Part shown: positions 45,553-53,265 of the stretch, one piece after another | Position numbering within the stretch: the stretch's first letter is position 1 | Layout: each line of letters opens with the position of its first letter | NCBI GenBank assembly: GCA_021783095.1 | Contig: JAJXUG010000002.1 | Location: forward strand, 29,286 to 93,285 | Origin: Chloroflexota bacterium | Lineage (GTDB): Bacteria; Chloroflexota; Limnocylindria; Limnocylindrales; CSP1-4 | Direction of reading: 5' to 3' | Length of the DNA stretch: 64,000 bases | Program-made: the position numbers and the translations under genes | The notes under the pieces: model-generated | What the model was told of the DNA's origin: nothing | The model's database searches: none | What the model saw: the letters and a program-made list of their open reading frames with translations, nothing else

Positions 45553-47279
45553 CGCGCGGAACCGTCCGTGGGGGCCAGCACGAACGCGGCCTCCTCGAGG
45601 GAGACCGGCAGCCTCCGCAGCGGGAGCCTGGCGTCGCGCGCCACGGCCGCCATGGCAACCCGCGTCACCGCTGGCGCCTCCAGGCCCGCCAGCGCCAGCA
45701 GCGGCGCGTCGGCGAACACCTCGTGGACCGGGGCATCGGCCAGGAGCCGCCCGGCGTCCATCACCAGCAGCCGCGACGCCACGCGGCCCAGGAACGCCAT
45801 GTCATGGCTCGCGACCAGGATCGCGCGCCCCTCGCCGGCTGCGGCGCGGACCTGTCGCCCGATGATCTCGGCCAGCCGGAGGTCGGCGCCGGAGGTCGGC
45901 TCGTCGAGCACGAGCACCCGCGGCTCCATGGCAAGCACCGCACCCAGGGCCACGAGCTTGCGCTCTGCCCGCCCGAGCCGGAGCGGATGGCGCGCCAGCA
46001 GCTCCTCGAGCTCGAGCGCCTGCGCCAGGGCCCGGACCCGCTCGCCGATCCGTGCCTCCGTGACGCCGATGGCGCGCGGCCCGAGCGCGAGCTCATCGGC
46101 CACGGTTGTCGCGAACAGCTGCTGCATCGGGTCCTGGAACACGGACGCGACGTGCGCGGCGAGCGTGCTGACGGGATGGGCTGCCGTGTCCATGCCGTCC
46201 ACGCTGATCCGACCCTGCTGCGGGCGGAGCAGCCCGTTGACCAGCTTCGCGAGCGTCGTCTTGCCGCTGCCGTTCGACCCGACCACGCCGACGACCTCGC
46301 CCGGCGCGACCGCGAAGCTGATGCCGGCGACGGCCGGGCGGTCAGCGCCCCGATAGCGGAACGAGACGTCTCGCGCGTCAATGGCCGGCCGGAGGCCCGC
46401 CCCGGCGGCATGGCGGGAGGGCAACGTGGCGGCTGGGGCGCGAGGGACGACCACACGCCCGACGTCGGCAACGCCGACCGGGACCGGCGCCGCCAGGCCC
46501 AGCCGCTCGGCAAGCAGTGATGCCTCGGTCGACCGCACGCCGTGTCGCCGCAGGACCGCCGGCGTCCCGAGGATCTCCGCCGGCGAGCCGTCCGCGACCA
46601 CCCGCCCTCGGTCGAGCACGACGAGGCGCGTGGCATCGGCCGCCATCGCCTCGCGATCGTCGTCAGCGATGAGGACCGTGACGCCGTGCTCGCGGTTGAG
46701 GCGCCGGACGACCCCGTAGATCGACCGCCGGCCGGCGGGGTCGAGGTTCGCCGACGGCTCATCGAGGACCAGGATCGAGGGGCCGGTCACGAGAGCGCAC
46801 GCAATCGCGAGCCGCTGGAGCTCCCCGCCCGAGAGCGTCAGCGGGTCGCGCGACTCGAACCCCGCCAGGCCCACGGCGCTCAGCGCGGCGCCAATCCGGA
46901 CGTCCATCTCCCCGCGCAAGACGCCGAGGTTCTCGAGCCCGAACGCCACCTCCTCGGCGACGGTCGGCTGGGTCGAGGCGAGCGAGGGATCGTCGAACAC
47001 GAGGCCGACGGCGCGCGCCTGCTCGGCCACCGCGACCGCTCTCGGGTCTGCGTCGAGGACCGTGATCGCCCCCGAGGCGTCGCCGCGGACGAGCTGCGGC
47101 ACGACTCCATCGAGCGATGTCAGCAGCGTGGTCACGCCCGCGCCGATCGCGCCGAGCACGCCGAGGTACTCCCCTGCCCGGACCTCGAGCGTGACGTCCG
47201 CCAGGGCTGCCCGATCCGCGCCGACATGGCGGAAGCCGAAGCCGGCGAGCGCGATGACGGGACCGCCGGGGTCGGCCAT
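45549..47279 (-). CDS. ECF transporter ATP-binding protein, fused tandem ATPase (EcfA-EcfA', YkoD-like)
   Basis: Two complete ABC ATPase units, each with Walker A (GAIGAGVTT / GSNGSGKTT), signature (LSGGELQRL / LRLGRAERKL) and Walker B (ILVLDEPS / VLVLDEPT). Start is the internal ATG 47279. Confidence 0.8.
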   Translation of the reverse strand: MADPGGPVIALAGFGFRHVGADRAALADVTLEVRAGEYLGVLGAIGAGVTTLLTSLDGVVPQLVRGDASGAITVLDADPRAVAVAEQARAVGLVFDDPSLASTQPTVAEEVAFGLENLGVLRGEMDVRIGAALSAVGLAGFESRDPLTLSGGELQRLAIACALVTGPSILVLDEPSANLDPAGRRSIYGVVRRLNREHGVTVLIADDDREAMAADATRLVVLDRGRVVADGSPAEILGTPAVLRRHGVRSTEASLLAERLGLAAPVPVGVADVGRVVVPRAPAATLPSRHAAGAGLRPAIDARDVSFRYRGADRPAVAGISFAVAPGEVVGVVGSNGSGKTTLAKLVNGLLRPQQGRISVDGMDTAAHPVSTLAAHVASVFQDPMQQLFATTVADELALGPRAIGVTEARIGERVRALAQALELEELLARHPLRLGRAERKLVALGAVLAMEPRVLVLDEPTSGADLRLAEIIGRQVRAAAGEGRAILVASHDMAFLGRVASRLLVMDAGRLLADAPVHEVFADAPLLALAGLEAPAVTRVAMAAVARDARLPLRRLPVSLEEAAFVLAPTDGSAR

Positions 47280-47299
47280 GGCGGCAGGCGCAGGCGCCG

Positions 47300-47965
47300 T
47301 CAGGAACCCGACGGCAGGGCCAGGAACACCAGCGTCAGCGCGACGCCCAGGCCGACACCCACGGCAGCCACCGCGACGATCCCGGCGCGCGACACGCCAG
47401 GAAGGCGGAGGCCGACCGTGTACTGATCCGGCAGGGCGCGGACGACCGCGAGGCCGATGTAGCCCGTGATGAGCTTGTCGGCAGCGTTGAGCACGAGGTT
47501 CGACACCAGGACGGCCGCGGCGAGGCTCTTGCCTGCCACCTCGAAGGCGAAGGTCAGCGCGTCGGACGGATGGCCGGTGGCGCCGCCGAACACGAGGTAC
47601 ACGATCGGCGCCGAGACGAACGCCGCAACCAACGCAACCACCAGGTTGAGGCCCAGCAGGGTGATCGCGTTGCGGCCAAGCGAGAGCGATCGCAGGCCGT
47701 AGCCCCAGACCAGGGCGACCGCGATGCTCACGATCCCGAATGGGATGCTCGACGGGCCGTTGAACAGCGCGCTCACGACATTGTTGGCGACGCCGGCAGC
47801 CGCACCCCACCAAGGCCCGAGGATCGCCGCCGCTACGAACGTGCCGACGGTGTCGAGGAACACGGGAACCTTGAGCAGGCCCGCGGTCCACCCGCCCAGC
47901 ACGTCGACGGCAGCCGCCAGGGCAACGAGCATCACCGCCTGCGTGACCGACATGGTCGACGGCAT
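47300..47965 (-). CDS. ECF transporter substrate-specific (S) component, substrate unknown
   Basis: ~220-aa protein with six TM helices directly upstream of the fused ATPase and the T component. Start is uncertain: 47965 or 47953. Confidence 0.6.
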   Translation of the reverse strand: MPSTMSVTQAVMLVALAAAVDVLGGWTAGLLKVPVFLDTVGTFVAAAILGPWWGAAAGVANNVVSALFNGPSSIPFGIVSIAVALVWGYGLRSLSLGRNAITLLGLNLVVALVAAFVSAPIVYLVFGGATGHPSDALTFAFEVAGKSLAAAVLVSNLVLNAADKLITGYIGLAVVRALPDQYTVGLRLPGVSRAGIVAVAAVGVGLGVALTLVFLALPSGS

Positions 47966-48765
47966 TCGGCGCGCGAGCGCGGACGCCAAGACCAGACCCT
48001 CCTGCTCCTCGATGGACGCGCACACCATACCGGCTCGCGTCGAGCGGCGGGCTGCCTGCCGCTCAGGTAGTGCCCGCCAGCCGCAGCGGCCGACGAACGG
48101 GGCCTTGCCGGGCTGCATCGGTCGGAGCCGGAGGGCGGACCACTTGTCGTCGAGGTCCACCGCGCGCCGGCTCGGAACACACCGGGCAGCCGGCCGTCTG
48201 GAAGGCGTCCGCGAGGTGGGCGTCGACGGTACAGCGTGCGGGCGGCGACATGCCCTCATCGTCGCCTGATCCGGCCGCCCTGCGGGGACTCCCTGCGACG
48301 ACCCGGCATCGGAATGCCACGTCGTTGCAACTCGCGGCGAACGTCCTCCCCCGATCGGGGGGATTGCCCGGGGCGAGATAATGGAATCCTCCAAACCTCC
48401 TCCGTGCATGGGCGTTCCGGGAGGCATCGAGGTAATGGCGATGCGGTCGGCCTTGGGCCTGGGCTCGCGACGGCGCTGGAGTTTGGCGCGCCGGTTGACG
48501 GCGAGCGAAGACGCATCGCCCGGTGTCTTGAATCCGGTCAGCCGCCCTCGCGCGGGCAACATCTCGAGCGACACCCGCGCTGGCTGCTGATGGCGGTCCG
48601 GGGGCGCGAGCCACGGAACCGCCAGTCTCGAGGGGCCTGGCTGGAGCCGGCCCCCAGGCAGAACCATCGCGGGCCGCCGTCCACGGACATGGCGGCCCGT
48701 TGTTTTGTGCCCGTGCTCGGGCGTCCCCCGATGGGGTCGCCCTGTTGCGCCAGTAGACTCGCATC

Positions 48766-49623
48766 ATGCAGCCCTCGCCCCGCGACCAACTCGACGTGCG
48801 CCCGGCCACGCCCGACGAGGCCGCCGATCCGCGCCGGATGCATGCCGCGAACCGAGTCGCGTGGGACGAGGCTGCCGAGGACTACGAACGGCGGCTGGCG
48901 GACTCGATCCACCGCCTCCGCGGCGGGCGGTCATCGCTCCTGCCGGTCGAGCTCGACCTGATCGGCGACCTGCGCGGCCGATGCGACCATGCGATCCACG
49001 TCCAGTGCGCGGGCGGCGAGGACACGCTCTCGCTGTGGCTGGCGGGCGCGGCGCGGGTGACCGGCATCGACTTCAGCCCACGGATGCTCGACCTCGCCCG
49101 GCGGCTGGCGACGGCGGTCGGCGCCCCGGCGACGTGGGTCGAGGCCGACGTCCTGGACCTGCCCCACGAGCTCGACGCGAGCGCCGACCTCGTCTACACG
49201 GGGCGCGGGTCGATCATGTGGGTTCAGGACCTGGACGCATGGGCGGCGGGCCTCGCCCGCCTGCCTCGCCCCGGGGGCCGGCTGGTGCTGTTCGAGGGGC
49301 ACCCCGCCGAGTGGCTCTTCGACGGCGACGGGGAGGGCGGCTGGCTGCTGACCGAGTACGACTACTTCGCGGGGCCCGAGGCGTCGCGCGGCTGGTCGCC
49401 GGCCTACATCGAGCGCCTCTCGCTCCCCGACGACGAGCAGGCGTGGAAATACGCCAGGGCGTGGACGCTGGGCGAGGTCGTCACGGCGCTGCTCGGGTCG
49501 GGGCTGCGCGTGGAGACCGTGACCGAGCACCCGGTGGACTGGTACGGCGGCCACCGCGACGTCCATCCCGCCGAGCGTGGCCGCCTGCCGTTGTCGTTCT
49601 CGATGACCGCAACCCGCCCCTGA
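48766..49623 (+). CDS. class I SAM-dependent methyltransferase
   Basis: Motif I VTGIDFSPRML with an acidic residue after beta-2 (EADVLDL). Confidence 0.75.
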   Translation: MQPSPRDQLDVRPATPDEAADPRRMHAANRVAWDEAAEDYERRLADSIHRLRGGRSSLLPVELDLIGDLRGRCDHAIHVQCAGGEDTLSLWLAGAARVTGIDFSPRMLDLARRLATAVGAPATWVEADVLDLPHELDASADLVYTGRGSIMWVQDLDAWAAGLARLPRPGGRLVLFEGHPAEWLFDGDGEGGWLLTEYDYFAGPEASRGWSPAYIERLSLPDDEQAWKYARAWTLGEVVTALLGSGLRVETVTEHPVDWYGGHRDVHPAERGRLPLSFSMTATRP

Positions 49624-49632
49624 CGGCCCGCT

Positions 49633-50883
49633 TCAGGCCACGCTCTCCGGCAGCACCACCACGCGCGGCCTGAGGCGGGTCGGCGACATCAGCCACGAGA
49701 GCGGCACCATCGATACCGCGAGCGCGAGCAGGAGCCACAGGCTGACGGCGAACGAGCCCGTGGCGTCGCGCACCGCGCCCAGCACGAACGGCGCGGCCGA
49801 CGCGATCAGATAGCCGACGAGGAGCATCAGCGCGGACGCCCCGCCCGCCTCGCGAGCGTCCGCGGCCACGTCGGTCGGCAGCGTCAGGACCACGGTGAAC
49901 ATCAGGCCGAGGCCCGCGCCGAGCGTGATCGACCAGACCCAAGCGAACCCGGGCAACGCGACGACGCCAGCGATCCCGAGCGCGGCCGCAGACGCCGCCG
50001 TCACGAGCAGCTGGCGACGCTCGACGCCACGCCGCGACGCGACGGGGGCCACCAGGATCGACGCGAGGCCGGCGAAGCTGCTCAGGGAGAGCAGGGCGGC
50101 TGCGCTCTCCGGATCCCAGCCGCGCTCCACGAACAGGGCTGGCAGCCAGGCGTTGGTCCCGTAGAACACCGCCGACTGGACGCCGAACAGAACGCCCAGA
50201 GCCCAGACCACCGGCCGCCTGATGGGGAGCGACAGACGGCCCGAGAGGGCTGGTCGCTGGCCATCGGCCGCATCGTCCGCCTCCACTGCGCCCGAGCCCG
50301 GTCGCTGGCCTCGGAACACGAGCGCGAGCCACGCGAGCGCGCCGACGAGGGACGCCGCCGACACCACGCCCATCGACGCGCGCCAGCCGCCCAGGGCCAT
50401 CGCCAGCGGCACGACGGCGCCGGCGGCAAGCGCCGCCCCGAGCGTGGTGCCGCCGGCGTACGCCGCCGTGCCGGCGACCCGATGCTCGTGGAGGTTGCCC
50501 CGGACGAACATCGCCAGCAGCGGGCCCGACGCCGCAGTCGCAATCCCGATGACCAGTGTCAGCGCCAGGATCGTCAGCTCACCGGGCGCCACCGCGCGAG
50601 CGAGGCCAGCCAGCGCCACCGTCCCTGATGCCACCGCGATCGCACCGCGCGCCCCTGCCTTCGAGGCGAGCGCGGGGCCGATCGGCGCGAACAGCCCCAT
50701 GCACAGGATCGGAATGGTTGTCAGCAGGCCGACGAACGCGTGGCTGACGCCGAGGTTGTCGATGATCCGCCCGGACAGCGGGCCGATCCCGGCGAGCTGC
50801 GGCCGCAGCGCGAGCGACACGAGGACGAGGGCGGCCACGACGCCGGCAGGAGCGCCAGAGGCGGAGCGGGAGTGGCTGGGCAT
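49633..50883 (-). CDS. MFS transporter (CynX/NimT-like, 12 TM)
   Basis: 416 aa from the internal ATG 50883, with GxxxPxxG-type MFS motifs. Confidence 0.75.
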   Translation of the reverse strand: MPSHSRSASGAPAGVVAALVLVSLALRPQLAGIGPLSGRIIDNLGVSHAFVGLLTTIPILCMGLFAPIGPALASKAGARGAIAVASGTVALAGLARAVAPGELTILALTLVIGIATAASGPLLAMFVRGNLHEHRVAGTAAYAGGTTLGAALAAGAVVPLAMALGGWRASMGVVSAASLVGALAWLALVFRGQRPGSGAVEADDAADGQRPALSGRLSLPIRRPVVWALGVLFGVQSAVFYGTNAWLPALFVERGWDPESAAALLSLSSFAGLASILVAPVASRRGVERRQLLVTAASAAALGIAGVVALPGFAWVWSITLGAGLGLMFTVVLTLPTDVAADAREAGGASALMLLVGYLIASAAPFVLGAVRDATGSFAVSLWLLLALAVSMVPLSWLMSPTRLRPRVVVLPESVA

Positions 50884-50971
50884 CGGGCAAGGATGCCAGA
50901 GGCAGGGCCTGCGTCCCGAGAGCTGCGACCTCGGCCTTGACGCCGACGTCCGGTCGGACCAGCATCGCGTT

Positions 50972-51166
50972 GTGGACGACGACGAGGACCTCGACCCTCG
51001 AGAGGCCGCCCGGCTCAAGCGCCGTGACCACGAGGCCGAAGCCGAGCGCCGCGAGCTCCTGCGCCCCGGCATGGGCAAGGTGTTCAAGCAGATCACCGAC
51101 ACGTGGGAGCGCGAGGCGACGCGGCCGCCGAAGGCCGAGCCGAAGCACAAGAACCCGCGGGACTAG
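50972..51166 (+). CDS. possible small charged protein (64 aa, VDDDEDLDPREAARLKRRDHEAEAERRELLRPGMGKVFKQITDTWEREATRPPKAEPKHKNPRD)
   Basis: Uniformly high GC3 and a non-repetitive charged sequence. No SD, so it may be leaderless. Speculative. Confidence 0.25.
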   Translation: MDDDEDLDPREAARLKRRDHEAEAERRELLRPGMGKVFKQITDTWEREATRPPKAEPKHKNPRD

Positions 51167-51330
51167 GGGGCCCGTGGCTGCAAGCCGCTGATCCGGCCGA
51201 AAGCCACCCGCGCAAGAGCCCTTCGCGGAAGCCCCCGCGCGGGTGTTGGCGCATCGCCACCAGATGGCCGCCAGGCGCGGCCCGCGTTCGTCGTGCGCCG
51301 CCCTATCGGGCGCCGAGCGCGACCCCGGGC

Positions 51331-51407
51331 CCCAGGTGTTGGCGCCGGGCCACCGATGTCGCGCTTAGCGAGGGGAGGATGCCCCCAGGTGTTGGCGCCG
51401 GGCCACC
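51331..51407. repeat. two identical 24-bp direct repeats (CCCAGGTGTTGGCGCCGGGCCACC) 53 bp apart, with a degenerate third copy at 51241-51261 and a GGTGGTG/CACCACC hairpin at ~51453-51471
   Basis: Each copy has GGTG...CACC dyad ends around a GGCGCC core. The array sits in the 5' region of the MFS gene that starts at 51640. Confidence 0.5.
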
Positions 51408-51639
51408 ATTCCGGGCCGAACGCACTGAGTGCTGGGCATTCGGCGGCGTTTTGGTGGTGCTGCGCCACCACGTGACGCGGCGAGCCCCGCTCCGAGGTTC
51501 GTCGCCTCGTCAGCAGACGCCCCGCGAGGGTTCGGGCCAGGCCCGCCCGGCGCGGGCTCTCCCGCTTCGTGTGGGCGGGCGGCGAGCACGCCCGGCCCAT
51601 CACGGCCCAGGACCCCGCCTCGGGTGGTAGCGTCGGAGG

Positions 51640-52872
51640 GTGCAGTCCCAGGAGCTCCCGCCCTCGTATCGCGCTGTCCTCGGCATCCCGTCGATGGGGC
51701 GGATCCTGCTGGGCATGGTCGTCAGCCGGATTGCGGCGAGCATGCTGGGCGTCACGCTCGTGCTGTTCACCCTAGAGCGGTTCCACTCGCCCGGGCTGGC
51801 GGGCCTCGTCACGTTCGTGAGCGTCACGCCGGGGCTGCTCATCGCGCCGATCGTGGGCGCACTGCTGGACAGGCACGGCCGCGCCCGCCTCATCGTCATC
51901 GACCAGGCGACGGCCTTCGCGTCGCTGGTCCTGGTCGCGATCCTCTCGCTCACGAACCAGCTCACGCCGGCGCTGCTGCTGCTCATCACCGCCCTGACGG
52001 GGCTCACGAACCCGCTGTCCAACGTGGGGCTGCGCACGCTGTTCCCGCTGATGGTGCCGCGCCGCCTCTGGGAGCGCGTGAACGCGATCGACTCCAACGG
52101 GTACGTCGTGGCCACCCTCATCGGGCCGCCGTTCGCGGGCGTGCTGGTGCAGACGCTGGGCGGGCCCGAGGCGCTCCTCATCATCGCGTCGCTGTACGCC
52201 GTGGCGGCGGTGGTCATCATCGGCGTGAAGGACCCGCCCGGCTCCACGTCGTCGGAGGGCCGCCTTCTGGTCAACGCCTGGGAGGGCCTGCGCTACACCC
52301 TGCGGAACCGGACCCTGCTGGGGCTCGGCGTGGGCCTCGCGGTCCTCAACCTGGGCGGCGGGATCATCTCGATCGTGCTGCCGGTGCTGCTGCTCACCAA
52401 GCTGCACCTCGGCGGCAGCGTGGTGGGTGGCGTGTGGGCGATCATGGGCGTAACCGGCGGGATCGGGGCGCTGGCGGCCGGCCGATGGCGGATCGCCGGG
52501 CTCGAGCGCACCATCCTGACGCTGGGCATGGCGGGCTACGCGTTCACCGGCGTGTTCGTGCTCGTCTCCCCCACCCTCGCGGTGATCATCATGACCGTCG
52601 CGCTCCAGGGGCTGATCAACGGCCCGATGGACGTCGCGCTGTTCACGCTCCGCCAGCGGCGCACCGACCCGGCGTGGCTCGGCCGCGCGTTCGCCGTGTC
52701 GATGTCGCTCAACTTCCTGGGCTACCCGATCGGCGCGGCCCTCGGCGGGCAGCTGGTGACGATCAGCCCGAGCGTGGCCATCGCGGTCTCGATCGTCATC
52801 ACCGCATCGTCGGCGCTGCTCACCTGGGTGCTGGTCCCACGCCACGCGCCCACGTTCGACGCGGGCAAGTGA
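51640..52872 (+). CDS. MFS transporter (12 TM)
   Basis: 410 aa with typical MFS topology and motifs. Confidence 0.8.
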   Translation: MQSQELPPSYRAVLGIPSMGRILLGMVVSRIAASMLGVTLVLFTLERFHSPGLAGLVTFVSVTPGLLIAPIVGALLDRHGRARLIVIDQATAFASLVLVAILSLTNQLTPALLLLITALTGLTNPLSNVGLRTLFPLMVPRRLWERVNAIDSNGYVVATLIGPPFAGVLVQTLGGPEALLIIASLYAVAAVVIIGVKDPPGSTSSEGRLLVNAWEGLRYTLRNRTLLGLGVGLAVLNLGGGIISIVLPVLLLTKLHLGGSVVGGVWAIMGVTGGIGALAAGRWRIAGLERTILTLGMAGYAFTGVFVLVSPTLAVIIMTVALQGLINGPMDVALFTLRQRRTDPAWLGRAFAVSMSLNFLGYPIGAALGGQLVTISPSVAIAVSIVITASSALLTWVLVPRHAPTFDAGK

Positions 52873-52920
52873 CACCGCAGCCAGGCCCAGCCCGGGGACG
52901 GGCTCGGGGCCGGGTCCGGC

Positions 52921-53265
52921 TCAGCCTCGCGTCGCGATCCCCGTGAACGTGCCGTCCGCATCGCGGACCATCTCCCGGACCTCGAGTACGGCCGGCGGGT
53001 CGATCGGGCCGTAGATGTGCGGGTAGCGCTGCTCCGCGTCGTCGAACCGCCACGGGCTCCCGGTGGTGTCGAGGTCCACGGTCAGGACCAGGAACGCCTG
53101 CGGGTCGTCGCGATAGAAGCGGTTCGCCGTGGCGGCCATCGCCCCGTCGCCGTCGGTGCAGTGGATGAACCCGTCCTCCGGATACGCGGCGGGCAGGTAC
53201 GAGGCGAGCGCGTTGCGCCCCTCCCAGATCGCCGCGGGCACCATGTGGAGCGTCGTGCGGCTCAC
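52921..53265 (-). CDS. DUF952-domain protein
   Basis: 114 aa. GFIHCTDGDGAMAATANRFY and YPHIYGPI match the DUF952 family. Overlaps the upstream gene's stop. Confidence 0.65.
   Translation of the reverse strand: MSRTTLHMVPAAIWEGRNALASYLPAAYPEDGFIHCTDGDGAMAATANRFYRDDPQAFLVLTVDLDTTGSPWRFDDAEQRYPHIYGPIDPPAVLEVREMVRDADGTFTGIATRG

Noticed and set aside
48255-48330. Possible TPP (THI-box) riboswitch near the ECF transporter / methyltransferase divergent region
   Set aside because: A CCUGAUCCGG segment resembling the P4/P5 junction is present. The invariant CUGAGA and the GGGGUGCC / AUGCCGGCG-AAGGGA elements are absent on either strand. A cobalamin riboswitch was also not supported by eye. The question is left to Rfam scanning.
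50222-50971. Upstream part of the 314-aa plus-strand ORF ending at 51166
   Set aside because: It is antisense to the MFS transporter (49633..50883). Only the last ~64 codons, lying outside the MFS gene, are kept as a low-confidence small protein.
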